Both the position numbers and the translations under genes were made by a program. A DNA stretch of 64,000 nt, taken from sequence record OR757453.1. One strand, 5' to 3'. This stretch comes from Escherichia phage BYEP01. Positions 19,274 to 30,117 of the stretch are shown here, piece by piece. Every line of letters begins with the position of its first letter. Position 1 is the first letter of the stretch. The notes beneath the pieces were generated by a model. The model had not been told where the DNA came from and did no database searches. It saw only the letters and a program-made list of their open reading frames with translations.

Positions 19274-21322
19274 ATGGAACTAATTACAGAATTATTTGAC
19301 GAAGATACTACTCTTCCGATTACAAACTTAAATCCAAAGAAGAAAATACCACAAATTTTTTCAGTTCATGTTGATGACGCAATTGAACAACCAGGCTTTC
19401 GTTTATGTACCTATACATCTGGAGGTGATACTAATCGTGATTTAAAGATGGGCGATAAAATGATGCACATTGTTCCTTTTACATTAACTGCTAAAGGTTC
19501 AATTGCTAAATTGAAAGGTCTTGGTCCAAGCCCAATTAATTATATCAATTCAGTTTTTACTGTTGCAATGCAAACAATGCGTCAGTATAAAATTGATGCC
19601 TGCATGCTTCGTATTCTTAAGTCTAAAACCGCTGGTCAAGCTCGACAAATTCAAGTTATTGCTGATAGACTTATCCGTAGTCGTTCAGGTGGCAGATACG
19701 TCCTTCTTAAGGAACTCTGGGATTATGATAAAAAGTATGCATATATTCTTATACATCGCAAAAATGTATCACTAGAAGACATTCCAGGAGTTCCGGAAAT
19801 TAGTACCGAGCTCTTTACTAAAGTTGAATCGAAGGTCGGTGATGTTTATATCAATAAAGATACTGGAGCTCAAGTAACTAAAAATGAGGCAATTGCAGCA
19901 TCTATTGCGCAAGAAAACGATAAACGTTCTGACCAAGCTGTAATCGTTAAAGTTAAAATTTCCCGTAGAGCAATTGCACAAAGTCAGTCATTGGAATCTT
20001 CTAGATTTGAAACACCGATGTTTCAAAAATTTGAGGCTTCAGCGGCAGAATTAAATAAACCAGCGGACGCGCCTTTAATTTCTGATTCTAATGAATTAAC
20101 GGTAATTTCTACTTCAGGATTTGCACTAGAGAATGCTCTTAATAGTGTTACAGCTGGGATGGCATTCAGAGAAGCTTCTATAATTCCTGAAGATAAAGAA
20201 TCTGATGTTAATGCAGAAATAAAAAATAAAGCTTTAGAAAGATTACGAAAAGAATCTATTACTTCAATAAAAACTTTAGAAACTATTGCTTCTATCGTCG
20301 ATGATACTTTAGAAAAATATAAAGGTGCTTGGTTTGAAAGAAATATTAACAGACATTCGCATTTAAACCAAGATGCTGCAAATGAGTTAGTACAAAATTC
20401 TTGGAATGCAATAAAAACAAAGATTATTCGAAGAGAATTACGTGGATATGCTCTTACCGCTGGATGGTCATTACATCCTATAGTCGAAAATAAAGATTCA
20501 TCTAAATACACACCAGCGCAAAAACGCGGAATTCGTGAATATGTAGGTTCAGGATATGTAGACATAAATAATGCTCTTTTGGGATTATATAATCCAGATG
20601 AGCGTACAAGTATTTTAACAGCACCTGAAATAGAACAAGCCATTGATAATTTAGATTCAGCCTTTAAAAATGGTGAACGATTACCAAAAGGTATTACTTT
20701 GTATCGTTCACAACGAATGTTACCTTCAATATATGAAGCAATGGTAAAAAATCGAGTTTTTTATTTTAGAAACTTTGTGTCAACATCATTATATCCAAAT
20801 ATTTTTGGTACTTGGATGACTGATTCATCTATAGGTGTTTTACCAGACGAAAAGCGTCTAAGTGTTTCTATTGATAAAACTGATGAAGGGCTTGTTAATT
20901 CTAGCGATAATTTAGTCGGAATTGGATGGGTTATTACTGGGGCTGATAAGGTCAATGTTGTTTTACCCGGTGGAAGTTTAGCGCCTTCAAATGAAATGGA
21001 AGTCATTTTGCCACGTGGATTAATGGTCAAAGTTAATAAAATAACCGATGCATCTTACAACGATGGAACAGTTAGAACTAACAACAAGCTTATTCAAGCT
21101 GAAGTTATGACTACAGAAGAACTCACCGAATCGGTAATTTATGACGGTGACCGTTTAATGGAAACTGGTGAATTGGTTACAATGACAGGTGATATAGAAG
21201 ATAGAGTTGACTTTGCATCATTTGTTTCATCAAATGTTAAACAGAAAGTAGAATCATCTCTTGGAATTATTGCGTCTTGCATAGATATTGCAAACATGCC
21301 TTACAAGTTCGTTCAAGGATAA
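19274..21322 (+). CDS. alt: ADP-ribosyltransferase Alt (virion-packaged)
   Basis: 682 aa; matches T4 Alt from memory (MELITELFDEDTTLPITNL…). Confidence 0.9.
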   Translation: MELITELFDEDTTLPITNLNPKKKIPQIFSVHVDDAIEQPGFRLCTYTSGGDTNRDLKMGDKMMHIVPFTLTAKGSIAKLKGLGPSPINYINSVFTVAMQTMRQYKIDACMLRILKSKTAGQARQIQVIADRLIRSRSGGRYVLLKELWDYDKKYAYILIHRKNVSLEDIPGVPEISTELFTKVESKVGDVYINKDTGAQVTKNEAIAASIAQENDKRSDQAVIVKVKISRRAIAQSQSLESSRFETPMFQKFEASAAELNKPADAPLISDSNELTVISTSGFALENALNSVTAGMAFREASIIPEDKESDVNAEIKNKALERLRKESITSIKTLETIASIVDDTLEKYKGAWFERNINRHSHLNQDAANELVQNSWNAIKTKIIRRELRGYALTAGWSLHPIVENKDSSKYTPAQKRGIREYVGSGYVDINNALLGLYNPDERTSILTAPEIEQAIDNLDSAFKNGERLPKGITLYRSQRMLPSIYEAMVKNRVFYFRNFVSTSLYPNIFGTWMTDSSIGVLPDEKRLSVSIDKTDEGLVNSSDNLVGIGWVITGADKVNVVLPGGSLAPSNEMEVILPRGLMVKVNKITDASYNDGTVRTNNKLIQAEVMTTEELTESVIYDGDRLMETGELVTMTGDIEDRVDFASFVSSNVKQKVESSLGIIASCIDIANMPYKFVQG

Positions 21323-21325
21323 ATC

Positions 21326-21507
21326 ATGGAACTTATTACATAATTATTTGACGGCGCTTCGGCGCCGGTTGTTAACTTAAATCCTAAGCATAAAATACCA
21401 CAAATTTTTGCTATTCAAGCCGGCGAAGAAAGCGTGCTTCCTGGATTTAGATTTTGTACATACACCTCTGGCGGTGATACAGATAAAACGTTAAACCAGG
21501 CGACAAA
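21326..21507 (+). pseudogene. degenerate duplicate of the alt 5' end (frame broken after 5 codons)
   Basis: atggaacttattaca-taa…ttaaatcctaagcataaaataccacaaatttttgc aligns base-by-base with alt 19274-19460 with substitutions and an early stop. Confidence 0.6.
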
Positions 21508-21711
21508 ATGATGCATATCGTAATGATAGGTGTTAATGAGAAACTATCATTAGTTAAGCTTAAAAACTTGGGTGGAAATCCAATTGGTGTCATTAATGCT
21601 GTTTTTGATACTGCTCTTCAAACAATGAAACAGTATAAAATCGACGCATGCCTATTACGCGTACTAAAAAGTTCAAAATGTAGTTTACAAGTCCCTCGTG
21701 TTGTGTTATAG
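21508..21711 (+). CDS. Alt N-terminal-domain-like small protein (alt paralog fragment)
   Basis: 67 aa; MMHIV…KLKNLGGNPIGVINAVFDTALQTMKQYKIDACLLRVLKS parallels Alt residues ~64-118. Confidence 0.45.
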   Translation: MMHIVMIGVNEKLSLVKLKNLGGNPIGVINAVFDTALQTMKQYKIDACLLRVLKSSKCSLQVPRVVL

Positions 21712-21712
21712 T
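21683..21712 (+). promoter_or_regulatory. T4 early-type promoter candidate (second copy of the 8089 module)
   Basis: GTTTAC 21683-21688, 18-nt spacer, TG-t-TATAGT 21707-21712; followed by the same cttactgacataacatgagg inverted-repeat arm. Confidence 0.5.
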
Positions 21713-21743
21713 AGTCTTACTGACATAACATGAGGAACACAAA

Positions 21744-22034
21744 ATGAAATCTTCTTTACGCTTTTTAGGTCAAGAACTTGTAGTTGAAGGCGTTATTCCT
21801 GCTGATAATGCTTTTAATGAAGCAGTTTATGATGAATTTATCAAAATTTTCGGAACAGATAAAAAGTTTGGAATTTTTCCTTCTGAAAATTTTTCAAAGC
21901 CAGAACAGACTGAAAGTATTTTTCAGGGTGTAGTAACAGGTAAATTTGAGTCAGAAGCTCCGGTAAAAATTGAAGTTTATATTGAAGACAGTTTAGTTGC
22001 TTCAGTTGCTGCTTTCATTTCATTCCGTAAATAA
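21744..22034 (+). CDS. hypothetical protein
   Basis: 96-aa ORF downstream of promoter module. Confidence 0.45.
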   Translation: MKSSLRFLGQELVVEGVIPADNAFNEAVYDEFIKIFGTDKKFGIFPSENFSKPEQTESIFQGVVTGKFESEAPVKIEVYIEDSLVASVAAFISFRK

Positions 22035-22040
22035 AAATAT

Positions 22041-22058
22041 GGGGACCGAAAGGTCCCC
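22041..22058. terminator. bidirectional terminator-like hairpin
   Basis: ggggaccgaaaggtcccc between convergent genes. Confidence 0.55.
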
Positions 22059-22106
22059 GTTGTTATATTGCTCCTAATATTTTACTCTGCGAATTGACAA
22101 TCCCTG

Positions 22107-23030
22107 TCATAGTATACTAATATTTGAAATGCTTCCTGAGGTTCCTCCTAGTCTACTAAGTCGTGAAAGCGAATTAGATAGTCCAGTAACACCTCCACTA
22201 TTTCCGAGAACGCTTTGAATACCATTTATAGCAGCAGATTCAAGCCATTCAAGCGCAGCTTGCCTATCAACTGCTCCAGCCTGCATCACTCTGTACGCAA
22301 AAGTAACATCAAATGTAGTTATTTGGTTATCTCCATCATATGATAGCTCAGGAGCGCTCACTGATATTGGAATGCATCCGGTGAACATCACCGCAGTATG
22401 AGGCAATCCATTGCGAGAATGAAGATTAACCTGAATATCTGCCTCGACATCTTGTGGCAAAGCACGTAATCCAGTTACTGGGTCTTGAACGGAGTTAACC
22501 CAGTCTTGCATTGCACGATAGTTACAAGCTTCTGAATCCATTCTAAATGAAATAACCAAAGGGTCTAATTCTCTCCCAGTTATACGAATATTAGGAGAAT
22601 TATAGTTCCAGTCAGTTTCATAGGATAATCTATTCTCTGGCATTTTTACAGAATATATCATCAATCCAGATGAGTTATATGCCATGTTAAAGAAGTCAAT
22701 TAAATATGTACCAACCGTAAATGAGCCTAATAAACTTTGAACTGTGCGTTGACTCATGGCACCAATAAGATATTTACTGACTCCTGATTTTCTTATTAGT
22801 TTTTGTGTGCCAGCTGTAATTAGCGTGGTAATTCCCTGATTAATATCACCTTGAGTTAATCCTAACCAATTTGAATTTAGGCCCAAGTTATTATAAGAAA
22901 AGTTGCTAATTGAACTTATCAACGAAGAGCTTTTAGTTGATGGAGTTGTCGCAAAAACGCAGCTAAACATATTATTACGTTGGAAATCTGCGTTTATTGC
23001 TTGATTATTAAATTCCTCTAAAGAATACAT
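22107..23030 (-). CDS. 54: baseplate tail-tube initiator (gene 54 product)
   Basis: 307-aa ORF; position after gene 48 in hub gene order; start overlaps gene 48 stop (TAATG). Confidence 0.65.
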   Translation of the reverse strand: MYSLEEFNNQAINADFQRNNMFSCVFATTPSTKSSSLISSISNFSYNNLGLNSNWLGLTQGDINQGITTLITAGTQKLIRKSGVSKYLIGAMSQRTVQSLLGSFTVGTYLIDFFNMAYNSSGLMIYSVKMPENRLSYETDWNYNSPNIRITGRELDPLVISFRMDSEACNYRAMQDWVNSVQDPVTGLRALPQDVEADIQVNLHSRNGLPHTAVMFTGCIPISVSAPELSYDGDNQITTFDVTFAYRVMQAGAVDRQAALEWLESAAINGIQSVLGNSGGVTGLSNSLSRLSRLGGTSGSISNISIL

Positions 23031-24124
23031 TAAAAAGTCCCCGCATATAAAGAAGCACGGTTTAACGTGATAATTTCTCTCATAGTAATCTCGAGAGTAA
23101 ATGTACTAGGGAGGTTTGGAGCAATAGCTAATCCGTTAAAGTTACCATTAGGTGTTTTATCAAATCTAATGCTCTGTATTTGGCATGGACCAAATATTTC
23201 CGTTTTTCCATCAAACTTAGATGTTGCACCAAAGTTTTTCACCATCCAAACTGTCGGGTTTGAAACTACTAGAACGTTCGTTAAACTTGCTGTCATTTTC
23301 TCAAATAGTGTTTTATTTTTAGCCGCGTCTTCCGGAGATAAAGGTTCAATTAACGTAGAACGATACCAATCATCCAAATACCCCTTTATTTCAGCAGCGT
23401 ATTGAGATTTACCTGTTTCGCCATAAGAAAAATAGTTAAAATATTGATAGATATTAATAATAGCCATTAAATCTTCTGTTGAACGTGGAGTCAAATCCCA
23501 TGTAAACACTTTAGTTCTATTCTCAGCACCACCATACATACTTCTGGCTGTTGTATAAATCTGTTCATTATTATCAGCCATTATACCTTGCGTTATACTT
23601 TCCAGTGCCCCAAACACTGCAGTTGAAGCAATATTACTTAGCACACCAGTAGCAGTACCTCCGCCTCTGCTGATAAGACTTTCTTGAACATCATTAAATC
23701 TATGTGATGATGTATCAACGTCAGATTTAGATCTTGGCAAAAGAATATTTGCCACAGGAGCTTTACTTATTGTTCCTGAATTATTATTTGATATTAATCC
23801 ATTTGATAGTTTTGATACTGTACTACTAATAGTGTTTCTAGCTGTACTTAAAATACTCGAAGATGAAGAAGAGTAGTTAGATCTCATCGATCTAAGACTT
23901 CCAGAATCCCTAGATGACATATTGTATGCAGTAAATAATAATCCATTCTTATATAGATCTGTTACCTGGAAGTCCCCTGTAGTGTCATTACCACTAGCAC
24001 GCCCAGTTGGAAACTGGGCAGTGTATGTTTTAGTTGCTACTTCTGATTTAGTACTCTGTCCGGCTGAAATTTTCTCACCGGACTTTTTAATTAAATCAGC
24101 AGTTATTTCTTTAACAATTGCCAT
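23030..24124 (-). CDS. 48: baseplate / tail-tube junction protein (gene 48 product)
   Basis: 364 aa, size and position match T4 gp48. Confidence 0.7.
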   Translation of the reverse strand: MAIVKEITADLIKKSGEKISAGQSTKSEVATKTYTAQFPTGRASGNDTTGDFQVTDLYKNGLLFTAYNMSSRDSGSLRSMRSNYSSSSSSILSTARNTISSTVSKLSNGLISNNNSGTISKAPVANILLPRSKSDVDTSSHRFNDVQESLISRGGGTATGVLSNIASTAVFGALESITQGIMADNNEQIYTTARSMYGGAENRTKVFTWDLTPRSTEDLMAIINIYQYFNYFSYGETGKSQYAAEIKGYLDDWYRSTLIEPLSPEDAAKNKTLFEKMTASLTNVLVVSNPTVWMVKNFGATSKFDGKTEIFGPCQIQSIRFDKTPNGNFNGLAIAPNLPSTFTLEITMREIITLNRASLYAGTF

Positions 24125-24132
24125 ATTATTCC

Positions 24133-25905
24133 TTAATTAACTCCAGTCGCATCAAATACACCAGGAGCAGTCGTGCTCGTTACGGGTGTCATATTATGAA
24201 CGACAGTATTTTTCTTAACAACATTATTAGTATTATTGATCGAAGGAGATGCTTGTTGAACAGGAGCTTGCTGTGCTTTGTTCTTTTCAATAACCTGGAC
24301 CTGTTTCGCTTCTGGTGATTTAGCGGAAGTTTCAGGTTTGGCATTAGGCTGATTTTTCTTGAGCTCTTGATAAGTAGCATCAATTTTAGAAAATCTAGCA
24401 GCAAGTTCTTTTTTAACTGCCGGTGAATTATTTAAATCAGGGTCATCCATCCGTTTTTTAAGGTCTTCATAGGCAGCTTCAACTGATTTAACCGTTGAGT
24501 CTTTACTCATATCAGCTGAATCAGCGTATTTTTCAAAACGAATCATCGCAGCACGCGCTTCATTAGCCTTCATTAAAGCATTTTTTCTTTCTTCAGGTGA
24601 AAGTTGCTTTAATTTTTCTTCTTCTGCTGCGCGTTCTTCGTCGGTAGTTAGTGCTTCTTTATTATCAACGCCACGAATCCAGTTAGATGCACGAGTTTTC
24701 CAATTAGCAATTTTATCTAATCCTTTTGCTATCGGACCAAGGTCTCCGTTCATTCGTTTATCTTGATAATTTGCAACTTTTTCCTGGTCTTCTTTATTGA
24801 GAGATGCTCCAGTAGAATTTTGGAAATTTTCTAGTGCTCTTCCTTCTACTTCATCAGCGGTATCCTTCATACCAGGAATAACTCGAAGAATTGCAGCAGA
24901 TAATTTAGCCATTCCAAGCTGAATAAGTTCTCCTAAATTATAAAGAACCTTTCCAAGCCCTTCTACAATAGCTACCGTCAAACCACCCCAATCTCCCTCT
25001 TCCCAGAATTTTTTAATTTCATCAATAGAACTAAAGATGCTCTGTAATAAAGGACCCCATGTTCCGGTTTCGCTAGAGAATTTAGTAAAGTTGCCACTAA
25101 ATAAATCCCAGGCTTTTGAAAATTTATCTGACCAGTATTTAAAGTGAATCATCAAAAGGTCTATTCCAACAACAACAGCCAATATCATTGCAGTCATTTT
25201 AGCAGCTTCAATAGCAGCACTGACGGTGTACTTAAATAGCATGCTTGATATTTTATCAGTAATTGAAATGGATTTTTTAAATCCAAAATCAACTGTCTTT
25301 GTTAATTTATCTAAAGCTTGAGATAATTTTAAGTTAAATGCGTCTTTTTTCTGTTTTTCTTCTGGCGATTCTTGTTTAGGTTCGACTGGCTGAGGGGTAG
25401 GGAAAAAATCAGCATCAGGATCATTATTAACTGCTTCAGGAGCCGGTAATAAAGGACCCACAGATTCAGCTGTATCGTCCTCAACAACTTTAACAGGAAT
25501 AGCGCTTTCAACCGTGGCTAAACTAGTTCCTGTCTGTTGAATTCCAGCTGTCTGAATTTTTTGCTCTAGTAAACTTGTTAATTTATCTAATTTACTTCCG
25601 AGTGATTCGCCGATTTCTTTATTAATATTATTGCCAATTTCGACAGTTTCAGCAATTAACTCAGAACCGGCAGTAGTATCACTCACTGCGCTTTCTACGT
25701 TATCAATTGCTCCAATTATTTCATTCGATTTTTCTTCGACAGTTTGAGCTATTAATTCAGAAGCAGCTTGAGCATCATCCAATTTCGTAGATATATCGTT
25801 AAGTCCAGATAAAGTGTTAGAAGCGGATTTAGCCGCTTCCTGTGTTGGTTTATTATCTGAAATAACTTTTCTACGCATCGTTTGCATTTCTTGTGGCTTT
25901 TTCAT
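24133..25905 (-). CDS. 29: tail tape-measure / baseplate hub protein (gene 29 product)
   Basis: 590 aa; size, position and low-complexity coiled character match T4 gp29. Confidence 0.8.
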   Translation of the reverse strand: MKKPQEMQTMRRKVISDNKPTQEAAKSASNTLSGLNDISTKLDDAQAASELIAQTVEEKSNEIIGAIDNVESAVSDTTAGSELIAETVEIGNNINKEIGESLGSKLDKLTSLLEQKIQTAGIQQTGTSLATVESAIPVKVVEDDTAESVGPLLPAPEAVNNDPDADFFPTPQPVEPKQESPEEKQKKDAFNLKLSQALDKLTKTVDFGFKKSISITDKISSMLFKYTVSAAIEAAKMTAMILAVVVGIDLLMIHFKYWSDKFSKAWDLFSGNFTKFSSETGTWGPLLQSIFSSIDEIKKFWEEGDWGGLTVAIVEGLGKVLYNLGELIQLGMAKLSAAILRVIPGMKDTADEVEGRALENFQNSTGASLNKEDQEKVANYQDKRMNGDLGPIAKGLDKIANWKTRASNWIRGVDNKEALTTDEERAAEEEKLKQLSPEERKNALMKANEARAAMIRFEKYADSADMSKDSTVKSVEAAYEDLKKRMDDPDLNNSPAVKKELAARFSKIDATYQELKKNQPNAKPETSAKSPEAKQVQVIEKNKAQQAPVQQASPSINNTNNVVKKNTVVHNMTPVTSTTAPGVFDATGVN

Positions 25906-26435
25906 TCAAATAATCCAATAATATTGCCAATTCCAGTTATTGGACCATTAGGGCCAGGAATTGCTAAAGTTGTAAAAATGTCATTTGCCCATTTTAAAAC
26001 GAATGCTGGCATCTCAAGAAAATTAATTTCTTTAACTTCATCATTGACCTTAAGCAAGCATTTGGATAACATATCGCTCACCGTTAAAAATTGTTCAAAT
26101 TTTCCAGGAGGTCTAAAATAAAATGTATTTCCTTGGTATTGAAATTCTAATCTTTGGCATACATAAACATCATTAATGTCATAAGTATAACCATCTATTT
26201 CTTTACGAGATTTAATCTTTCCATTAAATTCCAATAAATGAATAGAAACGAAATCAACTTCTGCCGGTGATAAATTCGGACAAATAGAATCAATAAGAAG
26301 TTTTAAATTTTCATCAGGACCTTTAACATCCTTTAAAATGTTATAATGTTTAAGACCCATTTTAGGAATAGAAACTTCTTTATTGCTTATTGGAAGAACT
26401 ACTTTCTTCAGTGGTAGTATCAGATTTAAATTCAT
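25902..26435 (-). CDS. 28: baseplate hub distal subunit (gene 28 product)
   Basis: 177 aa; position between 27 and 29. Confidence 0.7.
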   Translation of the reverse strand: MNLNLILPLKKVVLPISNKEVSIPKMGLKHYNILKDVKGPDENLKLLIDSICPNLSPAEVDFVSIHLLEFNGKIKSRKEIDGYTYDINDVYVCQRLEFQYQGNTFYFRPPGKFEQFLTVSDMLSKCLLKVNDEVKEINFLEMPAFVLKWANDIFTTLAIPGPNGPITGIGNIIGLFE

Positions 26436-27555
26436 TTTTAACCTTAACTGGGTCTATTGTTTCCAGTTTCGTTGCATTAGTGAACATATATAGATGAGTT
26501 ACTGAATTATTATTGGATAATTCATGGATAACTTCATCAACGTAAAATTCTGTTTTAAATTGGTTTTTACTATCATTAAAAATAATTTTAACGCCAGGAG
26601 TCAAGTTAAAATTACCGACAGTAGAACATTTAGCATAACCGTCATATTGTGCCATAGTTTGAAGACGAATAGCTTCTTCATATCCATTCCTATAAGTCAT
26701 TTCAGAATAAGCACCTGACCTTGACACTACAATAGAGTTTTCGCCCTTTCCTGTAGTAATCATTGGCAATGAAGAATCTAAAAATGAATGAGCATAGATA
26801 GTAGCATTTTTCATTGGGTCACGTTTGTGAGGATTCGATTTAGTCAACCAAACAAAATCATATGCTAATGGATATTTTAATTCTTGGATGAATTGACCTA
26901 TTAAAGATGGCTCGCCGACAATCATTGGATATGGTTCTTGATTTATCATCATATCATAGTCCATCATGTTAACTCCCATGATGTCTTGCCATACAAATAC
27001 AAATTTGTCGCTTCCTACAGCTAGACCAACTTCTCTTACATATGACAAATAGTTTTCAAATGTGCTAGTCCATGGAATATCAGGAACATAAGCATTTATA
27101 GCATTTATCGCTGGAGTTAATAATGTACGGTCTTGATAAATGACGCCAAGCATTTCTTTTATAGATTCACCTGCATCAGGGAAAAATGGTCTACCAAATT
27201 TAAGATTTTCTATAGAATGAATAGTTCCCAATTCAATAGCAATGATGTTATCGCCTTTTGAATCGACTGACACGGAAAAATGCTTACATCCATAAATTCG
27301 TGTTTTAACATTATTAATATCATTTGCATTAGCTACAGAAATCTGAATTATTTCATTTCCATCCATTTTTGTATGGATGTTTTTAGAATCATAAAACTGC
27401 AGCATTCCTTCATTTCGGCCATAAAGAGAATCCCGCATAGTTAATGTGGTAATAGTAGCAGCTAATTCAACAAATCTATTATTACTCCAAGCGTCGTAGC
27501 TATCAAACAATTTAACGCTGAGATTTGGATATCCTGGGCGTTGCAACATACTCAT
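26380..27555 (-). CDS. 27: baseplate hub subunit (gene 27 product)
   Basis: 391 aa; size/position match T4 gp27. Confidence 0.75.
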   Translation of the reverse strand: MSMLQRPGYPNLSVKLFDSYDAWSNNRFVELAATITTLTMRDSLYGRNEGMLQFYDSKNIHTKMDGNEIIQISVANANDINNVKTRIYGCKHFSVSVDSKGDNIIAIELGTIHSIENLKFGRPFFPDAGESIKEMLGVIYQDRTLLTPAINAINAYVPDIPWTSTFENYLSYVREVGLAVGSDKFVFVWQDIMGVNMMDYDMMINQEPYPMIVGEPSLIGQFIQELKYPLAYDFVWLTKSNPHKRDPMKNATIYAHSFLDSSLPMITTGKGENSIVVSRSGAYSEMTYRNGYEEAIRLQTMAQYDGYAKCSTVGNFNLTPGVKIIFNDSKNQFKTEFYVDEVIHELSNNNSVTHLYMFTNATKLETIDPVKVKNEFKSDTTTEESSSSNKQ

Positions 27556-28304
27556 TATTGTTTATCCTTCTCAATCAGTTTTAATACGAATCCGCGCTCA
27601 GCAGGAATCATTTTCATTATTGAATTTAAGCTATAATTACTTTTTACGAGTGTGTGATTAATTTGATAAAAAGTAAATATCTCATCTGGGTTAACTAATA
27701 GCTTAAACACATCTACTATATCAGTGTATTTTTTAATGTACTTATTACAGCATGACATATGTAGAGTTAAATTAATAGGATTCATTGCATCGAGAATTTT
27801 TTCTAATGTTTCTATCTCGATGGCGTCAACGAGTTCTATTTGACTGGACTCGCTAATTTCCTTCCAATCATACCAAGTTTCATCTACTTGAACAGAATGA
27901 ATATTTTCAGTAATCATCTTTGCTTTATTTTCATAAAACTCAGAAGGAAACTTTAATTTAATTTTAACATTAGCTACATCAAAAACAGGTTCCTTTAATT
28001 CTTTTTGATATATTTCAAATGGAACTGTCTTTTCTTTTTTACATTTTGGACATACGAATGTGACTGGTACTTTTGTTTTACCTATCGACCCTACAAATAC
28101 CTGCAAAAATATAAATGGTTGCCAAGTCTTCGGATAGTCTCCAAAATAATCATCAATTAAATCAGTAATTATTTCTTTTTGTTCTTGTGGTGACCGATGT
28201 TCTATATCGTTTCGAACTAACAAAAAATCTCGATAATCTTCTACCGTAAATGGTTTAAAACGATGAACACCATCTGGTAATTTACAACGAATAATGTTTG
28301 CCAT
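27555..28304 (-). CDS. 51: baseplate hub assembly catalyst (gene 51 product)
   Basis: 249 aa; position between 26 and 27; CxxC pairs. Confidence 0.7.
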   Translation of the reverse strand: MANIIRCKLPDGVHRFKPFTVEDYRDFLLVRNDIEHRSPQEQKEIITDLIDDYFGDYPKTWQPFIFLQVFVGSIGKTKVPVTFVCPKCKKEKTVPFEIYQKELKEPVFDVANVKIKLKFPSEFYENKAKMITENIHSVQVDETWYDWKEISESSQIELVDAIEIETLEKILDAMNPINLTLHMSCCNKYIKKYTDIVDVFKLLVNPDEIFTFYQINHTLVKSNYSLNSIMKMIPAERGFVLKLIEKDKQ

Positions 28305-28321
28305 AGATGCTCCTTTTATTC

Positions 28322-28333
28322 TATTTATAAATA
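28322..28333. promoter_or_regulatory. overlapping divergent late promoters (TATTTATAAATA palindrome)
   Basis: TATAAATA on + strand (28326-28333, toward gene 26) and on - strand (28322-28329, toward gene 51) share 4 nt. Confidence 0.6.
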
Positions 28334-28354
28334 TGATAAATAAAGGAGCTAAAT

Positions 28355-28981
28355 ATGTATGAATACAAATTTGATGTGAGAGTTGGTTCTAAAATAATCA
28401 ATTGTCGCGCATTCACGCTTAAAGAATATCTAGAACTTATTACTGCCAAAAATAATGGTTCTGTAGAAGTAATTGTTAAAAAGCTAATCAAAGACTGCAC
28501 AAATGCAAAAGATTTAAACCGCCAAGAATCAGAACTATTATTGATTCATTTATGGGCACATTCTCTCGGCGAAGTTAATCACGAAAACTCCTGGAAGTGC
28601 ACCTGTGGAACTGAAATACCAACCCATATAAATCTATTACATACACAAATAGATGCACCAGAAGACCTCTGGTATACACTGGGTGACATTAAAATTAAAT
28701 TCCGATACCCTAAAATTTTTGATGATAAAAACATAGCCCACATGATAGTATCATGTATAGAAACAATTCATGCTAACGGTGAAAGCATTCCAATTGAAGA
28801 CTTGAATGAAAAAGAGTTGGAAGATTTATATTCTATCATCACAGAGTCAGATATTGTAGCTATAAAAGATATGCTTTTAAAGCCTACTGTTTATTTGGCT
28901 GTTCCAATTAAATGTCCAGAGTGTGGAAAATCTCACGCTCATGTAATAAGAGGACTCAAAGAATTCTTTGAGCTATTGTAA
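28355..28981 (+). CDS. 26: baseplate hub subunit (gene 26 product)
   Basis: 208 aa; position and size. Confidence 0.7.
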   Translation: MYEYKFDVRVGSKIINCRAFTLKEYLELITAKNNGSVEVIVKKLIKDCTNAKDLNRQESELLLIHLWAHSLGEVNHENSWKCTCGTEIPTHINLLHTQIDAPEDLWYTLGDIKIKFRYPKIFDDKNIAHMIVSCIETIHANGESIPIEDLNEKELEDLYSIITESDIVAIKDMLLKPTVYLAVPIKCPECGKSHAHVIRGLKEFFELL

Positions 28982-29379
28982 TGGCAAATATTAATAAGCT
29001 TTATTCTGACATTGACCCAGAAATGAAAATGGATTGGGACAAAGACGTTTCCAGATCTCTTGGATTAAGGTCAATTAAAAATAGTCTTTTAGGAATTATT
29101 ACAACCAGGAAAGGGTCAAGGCCATTTGACCCAGAATTTGGATGCGATTTATCTGATCAGCTTTTTGAGAATATGACTCCTCTTACTGCTGATACTGTTG
29201 AGCGTAACATTGAAAGCGCAGTAAGAAACTACGAGCCACGTATTGATAAATTAGCAGTTAATGTAATACCAGTTTATGATGATTATACTCTGATAGTAGA
29301 AATACGCTTTTCGGTCATCGATAACCCTGATGATATTGAGCAGATAAAACTACAACTGGCTTCCAGTAACAGAGTATAA
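28981..29379 (+). CDS. 25: baseplate wedge subunit (gene 25 product)
   Basis: 132 aa; gpW/gp25-like size and position. Confidence 0.75.
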   Translation: MANINKLYSDIDPEMKMDWDKDVSRSLGLRSIKNSLLGIITTRKGSRPFDPEFGCDLSDQLFENMTPLTADTVERNIESAVRNYEPRIDKLAVNVIPVYDDYTLIVEIRFSVIDNPDDIEQIKLQLASSNRV

Positions 29380-29405
29380 TGCTTCACGTATAAACGTGGT
29401 ATAAT
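29380..29405 (+). promoter_or_regulatory. middle (MotA-dependent) promoter candidate upstream of uvsY
   Basis: MotA-box-like aTGCTTca at 29380-29386 and TATAAT at 29400-29405 with the expected ~20-nt offset. Confidence 0.55.
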
Positions 29406-29445
29406 GAATCTAAGTCCATCCAATAACAATTGAATAGAGAACAAT

Positions 29446-29859
29446 ATGAAATTAGAAGATCTTCAAGAAGAATTGAAGAAAGATGTGTTTATAGATTCGA
29501 CTAAATTACAGTATGAAGCAGCTAATAATGTGATGTTATATAGTAAATGGCTCAATAAGCATTCAAGTATTAAAAAGGAAATGCTTAGAATTGACGCACA
29601 GAAAAAAGTTGCTCTTAAAGCTAAATTAGACTACTACTCGGGACGAGGAGATGGTGATGAATTTAGTATGGATCGTTATGAGAAATCAGAAATGAAGACA
29701 GTTCTATCAGCTGATAAGGATGTTTTAAAAGTTGATACTTCATTGCAATATTGGGGAATTTTATTGGATTTCTGTAGCGGAGCTCTTGATGCTATTAAAT
29801 CACGCGGATTTGCTATTAAGCATATTCAAGACATGCGAGCATTTGAGGCTGGAAAATAA
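29446..29859 (+). CDS. uvsY: recombination mediator UvsY
   Basis: 137 aa; size/position match T4 UvsY. Confidence 0.8.
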   Translation: MKLEDLQEELKKDVFIDSTKLQYEAANNVMLYSKWLNKHSSIKKEMLRIDAQKKVALKAKLDYYSGRGDGDEFSMDRYEKSEMKTVLSADKDVLKVDTSLQYWGILLDFCSGALDAIKSRGFAIKHIQDMRAFEAGK

Positions 29860-30083
29860 TGAAATATAGCATTGATGATGCTTTTAATTATGAAGAAGAA
29901 TTTGAAACGGAAATTCAATTCTTAATGAAAAAGTATAATCTCAAGCGTCAGGATATTCGTATCCTGGCCGACCATCCATGCGGTGAAGATGTACTTTATA
30001 TTAAAGGAAAATTTGCCGGATATCTTGATGAATATTTTTATTCTAAAGATATGGGCATTGATATGCATATGAGAGTTATATAA
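29859..30083 (+). CDS. hypothetical small protein (uvsY.-1 position)
   Basis: 74-aa ORF overlapping uvsY stop. Confidence 0.5.
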   Translation: MKYSIDDAFNYEEEFETEIQFLMKKYNLKRQDIRILADHPCGEDVLYIKGKFAGYLDEYFYSKDMGIDMHMRVI

Positions 30084-30085
30084 AT
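30078..30085 (+). promoter_or_regulatory. late promoter-like TATAAATA
   Basis: Exact octamer ~33 nt upstream of the next small ORF. Confidence 0.4.
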
Positions 30086-30117
30086 AGATATATATATATA
30101 ATTTAGAGGAGACAATC

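Noticed and set aside
20023-20643. 206-aa minus-strand ORF
   Set aside because: Entirely antisense to alt; composition-driven open frame without start signals.
26380-26435. 56-nt overlap between gene 28 and gene 27 ORFs
   Set aside because: Probably just the ORF-finder choosing the first in-frame ATG of gene 27; an internal start would remove the overlap. Not evidence of frameshifting.
30085-30100. (TA)n run tatatatatata
   Set aside because: Short AT dinucleotide low-complexity tract next to a TATAAATA late-promoter-like element; not a CRISPR or satellite repeat.
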